Of a stretch of DNA of 20,000 bases, positions 1 through 8,554 are shown piece after piece. The position numbers and the translations under genes are program-made. How positions within the stretch are numbered: position 1 is the stretch's first letter; each line of letters opens with the position of its first letter. Source of the DNA: an uncultured virus (IMG/VR IMGVR_UViG_3300047560_001157). Taxonomy: Duplodnaviria; Heunggongvirae; Uroviricota; Caudoviricetes. The notes beneath the pieces are model-generated. The model ran no database searches, was not told the origin of the DNA, and saw nothing but the letters and a program-made list of their open reading frames with translations. The stretch lies in the IMG/VR virus record IMGVR_UViG_3300047560_001157, one strand, 5' to 3'.

Positions 1-1843
1 CTGGCTTCAAATAGCCCAGCGTTTCCAATGATTGTGCGCCGTGTTGATAGCGACCTGCATAGCGCAGTCTGTTCACTTGTTCATAGTCAGACCCATCTTT
101 TTCAGGATCGCCACGAGTCTCTAAGTAAGCAATACCTGCCTGCAGAGAACTCAGCTTGTCTTGACTCAGTGTACCGCAGGGTGCGGTGGCTTTGGGTGCG
201 CTACGACTGGTGTATGAGTTTGTTTTTGGTAGTAAATTACTACCCAACGTGGTTGTTAAGCCTTGTTTAACACCAGGAAATCTGTCCAGGTAATTGTCCG
301 GCAATGCAGAGCCTACTTCAGGAACTGTGGATTGAATTATACGTCCGGATGCAGCTCTGTCCCCGCCAACAAATGTTTGCTTTGGTGCAGGACCATCTGC
401 AATACCAATTCTTTGATTAGAAACAGCATCGTATCCTTCTCTGTTCCACGGCTCATGCGTTGGCAAAACTGCAACTGTACTCTTTGTAGCACGTTTTCTA
501 GTTACCCAGTTGTTACCAGCCACCATGGTATCGTCGTGATCATATGTGGTAATACCTTTTGGTAGTGTTGGAAGATCTGGTGCTTTGCCCGATTGCAACT
601 GTAGTTTGCCTGCGGCATCAATGATGCCAAGACCCTTGGTCTTGAGTGAAATCTGTCCATTGGCATCAATTTGTATTGGGCCATTCTGACTGGCCATTAC
701 GCATCGCTTGAATCCGTGTAAAAACAGTGAGTCGCCACCAGTGATGCCAACTTGTTTAGCCCCTTCAAGAATCATTTCACCGTCTGTGAACATTTCAATG
801 CCAGACTGTCCGTAGATGCTGACCTTTTGATCACTGTGCAAGTTCAAGTCGCCACGTGTTCTCATGTTTATACTGGAGCCAGAGTAAACGCTCATTTGTC
901 CAGTGGGACTTAATTCAATCCAGCAACTGCCGGCAGCATTAATTACATAAAACGCACCAGTAGTATCGTCCATTAACAGTTGATGTCCTCCGGCACTGCG
1001 TAGTCGTATCTGCTGACCTTGGCCGTAGTAGTCGCCGTCATCCATGACAAAACTGTGTCCACCTACACGCTCGTATATTGGTTTAGTAGGGTCAGCGTTT
1101 TTGTTTTGATTGGCGTTGTAACCTGGATCATTTTTGGGTCTGCCAGGTGTGCTCCATCCAAACACGCCGCTGGGAATATCACGCTGACTACTGCTACGAG
1201 TTGGACCTCTTACAATATCCCCGGCTAGTCCTTGTTCAATATAGCTAGGTGCTAGAAATTCGTGTACTGCTTTTTTACGTGTGGCTACTGGATCGGAATA
1301 TTTGCCGTAACGGTTAAATTCTGACAGTGGAATATTTGCTGTGTCAAGTTGATTAATAGTTCCTTTGAGTGTTGCACTTTCGACTGTGTTTACATCAAAG
1401 TCTGTTCCTGGTGCACCGCCTGGGTTACCAGGAACCATGTAGTGTCCATCTCTATCAAATATACAAGCAAACCAAAAGCCTTTGTTTCTATCTCCGTTGA
1501 TAAAAGTTATTAGCACCTGGTTGCCAACGTCCGGCGGTACTGCCCAGAATCCGTAGGTTTGTGAAGATGCGGAAAAAGTTTTTGCTAGACTTTTTTGCCC
1601 TTGTACACCAGGCGTATTTGTGCTGCCAAGGAAAGGACTTGCATATCTAACAGTGATCCAATTCCTGGAATCGTCTTCTGCTCCGCCTAGTAACGGTATC
1701 CATACAGCTAACTTTCCGTTGCGTCCAGGATCATTAACGTTTTTTACAACACCAATGTAAGTGCCGTAACTGAGCTTGGTACCATGCGAAGCTGTTTCAT
1801 CATATTGTTTTGGTATTTTTTTACCGGTTATTTTATCACTCAT
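1..1843 (-). CDS. gp5: Baseplate hub/central spike protein, T4 gp5/VgrG-like (N-terminal OB fold, beta-repeat region, then lysozyme-like domain); 3' end runs off the window
   Basis: Absent from the ORF track, consistent with no stop inside the window. Segments translated by hand from ATG 1843 (AGGGA RBS upstream) share one frame: MSDKITGKKIPKQ...YIGVVKNVNDPGRNGKLAVWIPLLGG...WITVRYASPFLG...YGFWAVPPDVGNQVLITFINGD (gp5 OB-fold pattern); GHQLLMDD...WIELSPTGQMSVYS (beta repeats); PTHEPW; IAYLETRG...YAGRYQ...LGYLKP at the window edge. Confidence 0.85.
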   Translation of the reverse strand, partial: MSDKITGKKIPKQYDETASHGTKLSYGTYIGVVKNVNDPGRNGKLAVWIPLLGGAEDDSRNWITVRYASPFLGSTNTPGVQGQKSLAKTFSASSQTYGFWAVPPDVGNQVLITFINGDRNKGFWFACIFDRDGHYMVPGNPGGAPGTDFDVNTVESATLKGTINQLDTANIPLSEFNRYGKYSDPVATRKKAVHEFLAPSYIEQGLAGDIVRGPTRSSSQRDIPSGVFGWSTPGRPKNDPGYNANQNKNADPTKPIYERVGGHSFVMDDGDYYGQGQQIRLRSAGGHQLLMDDTTGAFYVINAAGSCWIELSPTGQMSVYSGSSINMRTRGDLNLHSDQKVSIYGQSGIEMFTDGEMILEGAKQVGITGGDSLFLHGFKRCVMASQNGPIQIDANGQISLKTKGLGIIDAAGKLQLQSGKAPDLPTLPKGITTYDHDDTMVAGNNWVTRKRATKSTVAVLPTHEPWNREGYDAVSNQRIGIADGPAPKQTFVGGDRAASGRIIQSTVPEVGSALPDNYLDRFPGVKQGLTTTLGSNLLPKTNSYTSRSAPKATAPCGTLSQDKLSSLQAGIAYLETRGDPEKDGSDYEQVNRLRYAGRYQHGAQSLETLGYLKP

Positions 1844-1861
1844 TGATATGTCCCTAGTTGA

Positions 1862-4800
1862 TTATGCAAAGTCATCAATTCTACCTTCGCTTTGAGGTAG
1901 TCTATCTAAATTAAGTAGAGGCACAATCTCAGGTGCTTCACTTGCAGGTTTTGGTCCAGCACTTTCGTCGGCAGACACTGCTTGACCAGAACTGGTTGAT
2001 CCGCTGGTAGTAACTGCTCCGCTAGAGTCAGTACCGCCGGTGTTGTTTAGTATGCCAAGTATTCTTTCTTCTTCTGCAAGCTGTTCATCAGTCAATGCGG
2101 CTCTTTCTTCATCCTTGACTTCAAAATCAATATCTTGTTCTTGATATCTAATCAGTGTTAACGTTTGTTCAAACTTACCAGTTTTGAATTCGTTTACTAC
2201 TTCTTGTACTCTGTATACACCACTGAATGTGGTTGTGTCTGTGCTTACCGAAGCTGTGCCACCTTTAAGATCGTCCATGTCTGTTGGCAGTACAACATCA
2301 ATCCATGCTAGAACTTCGCCAGCATCCATGATCAATGCATTGTTGTTTAGTGTAATATCGCCATTGGACCTATAGGCTTGATCTACTTTTATACCATCTG
2401 ATGTAGCAGTACGTCCGTTGGGATCATACCACTTGTTAACATTAAAAAATATATCGTCTTGTTTGATCAGCGTAGGATCGCCGATAATTTTTAATGTTAG
2501 TGTTAACATGTCTCCTGTGGACCTGCTGTAGATGCTGTCGTTCATGGAACTAATTGCAACAGACACAGGATCTTTATCAACTTTTTTGCCAGTGATTGCG
2601 CTAAGGTCTTGACTTACAACCAGCAAGGACACAGGTGTAATTGTATTTGAAGTTTTTTTAGATCTATCGTTAGAGTCTTTTCCAGATTGTTCTGCGGTAG
2701 CATCATTGCCCTGTGCATCTCGAGTATCATCATCTGTGTTTACTTCTTTCAATGCTGAAATAGTAGTAATGTACAGCATGTCAAAGTCAATTTGGAAATC
2801 AATGATCGACGTGTTCTCGCCAGAATACAAGTATTTGTAGTATTTGACTACGTCTGCTTTTTTAGGAGATTGCTTTGGCAGATTAGGATGTTTTGTATTG
2901 TAAACCAAATAAGGTAGTACAAAGTATGTGACATCGTAGGTCCATCTATTGATTACGGCATCAAATCCTGTAATTGAAATCGAAGGCAAAATCTTCCACC
3001 ACTTGACAATGCCTTTCTTAGATGTTGTTGTAGCTTCATTTTTGTTTGCTACCAACACTTGCCCACGGATATAATCTGATGATAACATCACCATGTTGAT
3101 TACTTCAGGAATTGCCATACCAGCTGGGATAGACCATCTGTCACGTTTCTTTTCATCTGCCACTGGACGGTCACGAGGCATGTCTGGCTTGGCCATAGCA
3201 CTTCTACCTGCAGACGAATCAACTTCGCTGGGCCGTGCCATTTTTTCTCCAGCAATAATTTCATCGTGGAATCGCACTTTGATAGAATTAGGTATACTGT
3301 TTTGATCAACCACATTCAGTTGTTTTAGTTTAGCGTACCAACTGTTTACACCAGCAATGTAGCTGTTGATTTCATAAGTCTTGTCTTTAAGACTTCCGTT
3401 CTGTTCTAATATCCTAGCGGCTGCATCTGCTTCGCCAATGTTTTGTTGCTTGGCCAAGTTTGCAATTTCATTGCGTTGATTGTCAATAGAGTTGTTAATT
3501 AAATTTGTATCACTGGCATTAGTATCTGCAAAAAACTCTCGCAATGTCATCGACGACACATCAAAGTTTGCAGGAGTGGTTGACATGGACTGCAACAAAC
3601 TTCTATGATGGAATGGTGCGGCTGTACACACATATTCGCTGCCTTTGCCCGACACTTTGACTTTCATATCAAAGATTGAAATTGGAATGTATTTTCTATG
3701 TTCAATTAATAAGCCAAATTGACTGTCATAGAAATCAATCTGCAACATATAGCACAACTGCATATATGTAGGCTGTTTTAGTTTCTTTGATGTTTTTAAC
3801 AGTCTGTCCAACAGGCTGAGTCCATATGGCTCAATGATAGTGAATTCAATGTCAATGGTGTTGGTTGTTCTATTAGTAGAACTAGGCCCAACAACTTGTG
3901 ATACTTTTAGTCCGTCAAAAAAGAAATTGTGTTCCCAACCAGGCTCTCTGCGTAAAAATGTTTTTGACAGAGTTGGATCACCATCAACTGTTTGATCCAG
4001 CGGGCTGGTGCTGAATACGTTTTCATCCCATCTGCCTGCACTTGCAATCAGCGTGTGCGAAGGTTTCCAATCTGCCGCGTTCTGTGACAGTTGTTTGTGT
4101 TCTTCTTCTGTCAGAACATGCAAGGCTATGCCATATGTATAGTTGGAAAATTGATCCAGCGGGTTGTCCACAACATAGCTGGTAAACCCTTCTCCTGCTT
4201 GAGCATCTGTTACTACACTAGGATCGCTTGCACTTGATTTAATAGCATCGACTGGTGTGAATGATTCATCTGATGATTCAGCTTCTCGTGCCGCTAATCG
4301 ACTGGCTATTTCGGCAGCGGCTGCTGCCTGTTTAGCTTGGTATTCTGTTCCTCCGCCAATTGCTTCTCTTTTCAAGTCGTCAAGACTTTTGCCGTTGTTG
4401 TTTATTCTAATACGCTCTTCGGCTGATAAATTTTGTACAGTAGACGCATCGGCTTGTGCAGATGAATCCACTGCATCAGCGGCTCCGCCATCTCGAACTT
4501 TTCTTGCGGCAGCTTCGGCTTCGGCATTTGCTTTTGCTGCCTGCATTGCAACAAGTTGATCATATGGCTTAGAATAAGGTAAAAGACCATTGTTGGCATT
4601 TTTATACGAATCAACATACGATTGAAAATCAGCATATTGATCAGTACGCAAAATACTATCGTATGTGGTGAGCGTGTCGATTTGACCTGTGGTCAGTCTG
4701 CTATTTTCCGCGGCCCAGTTCTTGAATGCTTTTAGTTCATTGTCCTGCTGTTCAAACAGAGCAAGATTGCTATTCCTGAGAGTTCCGTATAAATCAAGAT

Positions 4801-5446
4801 CATCTTGTCTTAGTTCACGTGATGCTCCGTTACCTTCGTATACTATAACCTTGCCGTCTTTTTCTTCAACCTTGACAATATTAGGAACATGTTCGTCAGT
4901 GAAATAATTATTTTTAAGATAGATTGACAACACAGCTGATCGCTTGGCGTCTTCCATCCCTGCTAGTGTTCTGTCAGCTTCAACTTTTAGTCGTTGTGCT
5001 TCTTGTTCACTGGCAATTTGCTGTCGGTAAGATTCAATTGAGAATCCGTCTGCAACTAAAGTAGTCACAGCCTTCTCTGGTGTCACAGCCTGAGAATCTT
5101 TGATTTCAGACAAGGTAACGTCAGAAACCTTGACGTCAGACAAGTTTGCTAGTTTGCCTGTTTTATAATCTATTATTGCCCCAGGCGCCCAGTCGGCTGG
5201 TACTTCAACATCTTCAACACTAAGAGACACACCTACAGTCCAGGTTCCGTCTGGGCTTTGTGTTATGGTTAGTTCTGGTTCAGTGAATTCATTTACAAGA
5301 AGCAAACCGGCCTGCACATCAGTGAATGTATTACCGTAGATCGTTTGAAGTGCTCTAACCTTGGCTTGTAGTATGGCCGCGTCTTTTGTTGATTGAAGAT
5401 CTTTGCCAACTTGTACTGACTGGCCGTTGAGGGTAGTGTTAGGCAT
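1862..5446 (-). CDS. Large baseplate hub protein (gp27/gpD-like C-terminal ~770 aa) with long N-terminal extension
   Basis: 1194-aa ORF between the gp53-like and gp5-like genes. NPLDQFSNYTY, IEFTIIEPYG, LTLKIIGDP and FSGVYRVQEVVNEFKTGKFEQTLTLIR resemble contractile-tail hub proteins; assignment rests on motifs and synteny. Confidence 0.6.
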   Translation of the reverse strand: MPNTTLNGQSVQVGKDLQSTKDAAILQAKVRALQTIYGNTFTDVQAGLLLVNEFTEPELTITQSPDGTWTVGVSLSVEDVEVPADWAPGAIIDYKTGKLANLSDVKVSDVTLSEIKDSQAVTPEKAVTTLVADGFSIESYRQQIASEQEAQRLKVEADRTLAGMEDAKRSAVLSIYLKNNYFTDEHVPNIVKVEEKDGKVIVYEGNGASRELRQDDLDLYGTLRNSNLALFEQQDNELKAFKNWAAENSRLTTGQIDTLTTYDSILRTDQYADFQSYVDSYKNANNGLLPYSKPYDQLVAMQAAKANAEAEAAARKVRDGGAADAVDSSAQADASTVQNLSAEERIRINNNGKSLDDLKREAIGGGTEYQAKQAAAAAEIASRLAAREAESSDESFTPVDAIKSSASDPSVVTDAQAGEGFTSYVVDNPLDQFSNYTYGIALHVLTEEEHKQLSQNAADWKPSHTLIASAGRWDENVFSTSPLDQTVDGDPTLSKTFLRREPGWEHNFFFDGLKVSQVVGPSSTNRTTNTIDIEFTIIEPYGLSLLDRLLKTSKKLKQPTYMQLCYMLQIDFYDSQFGLLIEHRKYIPISIFDMKVKVSGKGSEYVCTAAPFHHRSLLQSMSTTPANFDVSSMTLREFFADTNASDTNLINNSIDNQRNEIANLAKQQNIGEADAAARILEQNGSLKDKTYEINSYIAGVNSWYAKLKQLNVVDQNSIPNSIKVRFHDEIIAGEKMARPSEVDSSAGRSAMAKPDMPRDRPVADEKKRDRWSIPAGMAIPEVINMVMLSSDYIRGQVLVANKNEATTTSKKGIVKWWKILPSISITGFDAVINRWTYDVTYFVLPYLVYNTKHPNLPKQSPKKADVVKYYKYLYSGENTSIIDFQIDFDMLYITTISALKEVNTDDDTRDAQGNDATAEQSGKDSNDRSKKTSNTITPVSLLVVSQDLSAITGKKVDKDPVSVAISSMNDSIYSRSTGDMLTLTLKIIGDPTLIKQDDIFFNVNKWYDPNGRTATSDGIKVDQAYRSNGDITLNNNALIMDAGEVLAWIDVVLPTDMDDLKGGTASVSTDTTTFSGVYRVQEVVNEFKTGKFEQTLTLIRYQEQDIDFEVKDEERAALTDEQLAEEERILGILNNTGGTDSSGAVTTSGSTSSGQAVSADESAGPKPASEAPEIVPLLNLDRLPQSEGRIDDFA

Positions 5447-5449
5447 TGA

Positions 5450-5749
5450 TTACAGTCCCAATGCGGCAACCAAATCCCGTTGCTTAGGCAAGCGTATGGT
5501 AACGCCTGACAGGAAGTCCCCAATAGGGTCTTGTATTACATTAGGATTACGTGCGGCAAACACCCACCATAGTCCTGCATCACCATATAAGTCGTATGCT
5601 AGTAGGTCAGGCCTATATTGATAAGCTCGTTCTATTACATACACCGTGTCGTCTTTTCTAAAAGGTATAGTACGCTTTTTTTGTACGTCTAAAAATGTAC
5701 CATAGACTGGTGTACCATAGTATGGACTTGTTTTAGCATAAGTTGCCAT
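5450..5749 (-). CDS. gp53: Baseplate wedge protein, T4 gp53-like / LysM-like tail protein
   Basis: 99 aa; YQYRPDLLAYDLYGDAGLWWVFAARNP...GVTIRLP is the typical RPDxxA(Y)xxYG...WW pattern. Confidence 0.8.
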   Translation of the reverse strand: MATYAKTSPYYGTPVYGTFLDVQKKRTIPFRKDDTVYVIERAYQYRPDLLAYDLYGDAGLWWVFAARNPNVIQDPIGDFLSGVTIRLPKQRDLVAALGL

Positions 5750-6537
5750 TAAATGATACCTCCTCGGTTGCTACTGTCTTTGACCAGTAGTCCACGTACA
5801 TAATCATCCAACTTCATTTCTTCAGCTTGACGCTGTCTGCTTAGTACTGGCTGTATGGTTACAGTTAATGTACTAGAAGTTGGCATCCAGCCATACTCCT
5901 CATTGTCTTTATAACTGTACTTGATGTAATCACAATCATCGGGCATGGTGTGTGACACCTGTGTTACCACGCCTGTGATAGATGGCAAATAATGGTCTCC
6001 GTATCCGCTTAGTCTAACCAGAGTTGGCGGTGTGCCTGCTTTTGGATCACCTTTACCAAAATACATTTTTGTACAAGCACGAAGGAATTGCAAACTGGCC
6101 ATTAGATAAAGTGCCTCGGCACCATTTTGACAGGTAAATAGTCCTGTAATGGTAATTGGTGCTACATCGCTGCCTTCATAGAAATAATTCTTATAGTTGC
6201 TGTGTGTCAGAGCTTGCTCTTGATACCTTGCGTTATGTTGCATAGTAACAGTAGGCGTGTGTGGAAATACAACTCCATCTGTGCCTGTACTTTTACCGCT
6301 TTGACTTATCAAAGGATAGACGATGCTAGGAAAAACACCGCTCCTAAAAGCAAAATTAGAGCTTGGGGGCAAGCTGATACGCACTCGCCAATCTTTGGTA
6401 GCGTCCAGTTTTGTATTTCTTCCATCGTCTAGATTTTCCAAGGCTCCAAATCTAAACATGTTAAGACGAGTGTTTGACAGGTCTGAACGTGCTGGCAACC
6501 CTCCGGGTAAAGCCCCATTTAATCTGCTTGTTGACAT
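5749..6537 (-). CDS. Baseplate-tail tube junction / tube initiator protein (gp48/gp54-like)
   Basis: 262 aa; GVVFPHTPTV, ITITGLFT and GTPPTLVRLSGYG fit tube-fold initiator proteins. Lies directly upstream of the gp53-like gene with a TAATG stop/start overlap. Confidence 0.6.
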   Translation of the reverse strand: MSTSRLNGALPGGLPARSDLSNTRLNMFRFGALENLDDGRNTKLDATKDWRVRISLPPSSNFAFRSGVFPSIVYPLISQSGKSTGTDGVVFPHTPTVTMQHNARYQEQALTHSNYKNYFYEGSDVAPITITGLFTCQNGAEALYLMASLQFLRACTKMYFGKGDPKAGTPPTLVRLSGYGDHYLPSITGVVTQVSHTMPDDCDYIKYSYKDNEEYGWMPTSSTLTVTIQPVLSRQRQAEEMKLDDYVRGLLVKDSSNRGGII

Positions 6538-6551
6538 AATGTGTTAGCCTC

Positions 6552-6580
6552 TTGCTTTTCTACTATTTACCTGTTAAAAT
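6552..6580 (+). promoter_or_regulatory. Sigma70-like promoter for gp55
   Basis: TTGCTT (6552-6557), 17-nt spacer, TAAAAT (6575-6580) with extended -10 TG at 6572-6573. Confidence 0.6.
6564..6571 (-). promoter_or_regulatory. T4-type late promoter for the baseplate operon
   Basis: Minus strand reads GGTAAATA, ending 27 nt upstream of ATG 6537; TAAATA core of the T4 late consensus TATAAATA. Confidence 0.55.
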
Positions 6581-6611
6581 AACAGGTAGTTTTATAAGGA
6601 TTTTATTACAA

Positions 6612-7490
6612 ATGAAACACAACTATCTGAATAACAAAGACATATTAAAAGAAATACACAAGAGCAAGAACACCTACTGCTGGTTTATGACGCCTGGTGA
6701 TGCCGATTACGACATGATTATTTCTGACAACAAGAAAATAACCAAAAAAGACATCCTGCAGGCTAGAAAAAATCGTGCTGAGCGACTGGGCAAACTGGCC
6801 TACGAAGAGTCCATTGCCAATGGTGTGAAAGTAAAATTAGAAGAAGTTACCCCCAAGCATACTAAAATTCCCGAGGAAGATGTTGTTTTTCGTGTGATGA
6901 CCTGGGAACATGTGCCACTGCAAGAAGAAGTTAAAGTTGCAAAAAAGCGTAGTAAATCCGAACCTGTAGACGAAGACGAGTCTGTTGACACCGAATACGA
7001 TGAAGAAGTTGTCAAGCCAACTAAATTTGTCAAAGTTAATTTTCCTCCTTTCAAACACGTGAAGTTTGTTAAAAACGAAGAAGGCGAGTTAGAGCCAACC
7101 ACAGTGGGTATCAGTCATTGGAAGGGCGATCCAGAGACTGGGCACTACAGTCGTGAGCATGGAGCAATGACCAACAAGCTGGCACACATGTTTATGAAGC
7201 TGTGTGAACGTTATGCTACCCGTAGTAACTGGCGTGGTTACACCTACAATGACGAAATGCGCTCACAGGCTCTGCTACAGTTAAGTCAGATTGGATTACA
7301 GTTCGATGAAAGCAAGTCACAGAATCCTTTTGCGTATTACACTGCGGCTATTACCAATAGCTTTACTCGTGTGCTTAATATTGAAAAACGCAACCAAAAC
7401 CTAAGAGACGACATTTTACAAATGAACAACCTGAACCCAAGTTACACCAGACAAATGGCCAACAGTGGTTCTGGTATGCACGAAGAGTAG
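6612..7490 (+). CDS. gp55: Late-transcription sigma factor, T4 gp55-like (292 aa, with large internal insertion)
   Basis: HNYLNNKDILKEI; NWRGYTYNDEMRSQALLQL; FDESKSQNPFAYYTAAITNSFTRVL. Start moved from TTG 6552 to ATG 6612 because AAGGA RBS lies at 6596-6600 and the TTG is part of the -35 box. Confidence 0.9.
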   Translation: MKHNYLNNKDILKEIHKSKNTYCWFMTPGDADYDMIISDNKKITKKDILQARKNRAERLGKLAYEESIANGVKVKLEEVTPKHTKIPEEDVVFRVMTWEHVPLQEEVKVAKKRSKSEPVDEDESVDTEYDEEVVKPTKFVKVNFPPFKHVKFVKNEEGELEPTTVGISHWKGDPETGHYSREHGAMTNKLAHMFMKLCERYATRSNWRGYTYNDEMRSQALLQLSQIGLQFDESKSQNPFAYYTAAITNSFTRVLNIEKRNQNLRDDILQMNNLNPSYTRQMANSGSGMHEE

Positions 7491-7503
7491 ATTATCAAAT
7501 CTC

Positions 7504-7532
7504 TTGCTTTTGTCATTACAACTGTCTATACT
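7504..7532 (+). promoter_or_regulatory. Sigma70-like promoter for gp47 operon
   Basis: TTGCTT (7504-7509), 17-nt spacer, TATACT (7527-7532). Same CTCTTGCTTTT 11-mer as the gp55 promoter. Confidence 0.65.
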
Positions 7533-7540
7533 AGGATGCT

Positions 7541-8554
7541 ATGTCTAACCTATTCAAGAAGGCTGCGGTCTTCACCGATATTCATTTTGGCTTAAAAAGC
7601 AACAGTATCACTCACAACGAGGACTGTTTATCGTTTGTTAAATGGGCAGTTGCCAAAGCCAAAGAGGAAGGGTGCGAAACGTGCCTGTTCCTTGGTGACT
7701 GGCACAACAATCGAGCCGCACTAAACATTCTCACTCTAAACTACAGTCTCAAAGCACTGGAGCATATGAATGACAACTTTGAAGCTGTTTACTTCATTCC
7801 TGGTAATCACGATCTATACTATAGAGACAAGCGCGATGTACAAAGCGTGGAATGGGCACGTCACTTACCAAACGTGCATATTTGCAATGATTGGTTTAGC
7901 GACGGCGATGTTGTTATCGCTCCATGGCTTGTGGGCGACGACCACAAAAAGCTATTAAAGAAAAAAGGCAAGTATTGTTTTGGGCACTTTGAACTGCCTG
8001 GCTATTATATGAATGCCATGGTTCAAATGCCGGATGTGGGTGAGGCCAGGCGTGAGGACTTCTTGGGCTTTGAGCAGGTGTTTACTGGTCATTTTCACAA
8101 GCGTCAAAGCGCCAACAACATTACCTATATTGGTAATGCGTTTCCACACAACTACGCCGATGATGGCGACGAAGAACGTGGACTGACTATTATTGAATGG
8201 GGTCAAGACCCTGTTTACCACGCCTGGCCCGACCAACCTACATATCGTGTGCTGAGTTTGAGTAGTGTGGTGAACAATGCAGACAAAATCTTCAAGCCCA
8301 AGATGCATGCCAGGATCAACATTGACATTGATCTCAGCTACGAAGAAGCAAACTTCATTAAAGAAACATTCATTGATACTTACAAACTGCGTGAGCTTAG
8401 TTTAATCCCCAAGAAGGATGTTGAAGTCACAGCAGATGCCACAGGCGAAATCAAATTTGAAAGCATTGATACCATAGTACAAAATCAAATCAATGCTATT
8501 TCCAGCGAACACTACGATCCAAAACTACTGTTAGACATCTACAGGAACTGTTAA
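7541..8554 (+). CDS. gp47: Recombination endonuclease subunit, T4 gp47 / Mre11 / SbcD-like metallophosphoesterase
   Basis: Phosphoesterase motifs DIHFG, GDWHNN, GNHD, GHFE, GHFH; follows gp55 as in T4-like phages. Confidence 0.93.
   Translation: MSNLFKKAAVFTDIHFGLKSNSITHNEDCLSFVKWAVAKAKEEGCETCLFLGDWHNNRAALNILTLNYSLKALEHMNDNFEAVYFIPGNHDLYYRDKRDVQSVEWARHLPNVHICNDWFSDGDVVIAPWLVGDDHKKLLKKKGKYCFGHFELPGYYMNAMVQMPDVGEARREDFLGFEQVFTGHFHKRQSANNITYIGNAFPHNYADDGDEERGLTIIEWGQDPVYHAWPDQPTYRVLSLSSVVNNADKIFKPKMHARINIDIDLSYEEANFIKETFIDTYKLRELSLIPKKDVEVTADATGEIKFESIDTIVQNQINAISSEHYDPKLLLDIYRNC

Noticed and set aside
28..1228. Short ORFs 28..270, 263..565, 502..684 and 1019..1228
   Set aside because: They lie antisense or out of frame within the gp5-like gene (1843 to <1) and have no recognisable motifs.
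2184..5621. Small ORFs within or overlapping the hub and gp53 genes (e.g. 4257..4559, 5403..5621)
   Set aside because: Shadow ORFs of well-supported minus-strand genes; the Ala/Ser richness mirrors the sense codons.
6552..6611. TTG start for gp55 given by the ORF track
   Set aside because: The TTG is the -35 box; ATG 6612 has an RBS and matches the gp55 N-terminus.
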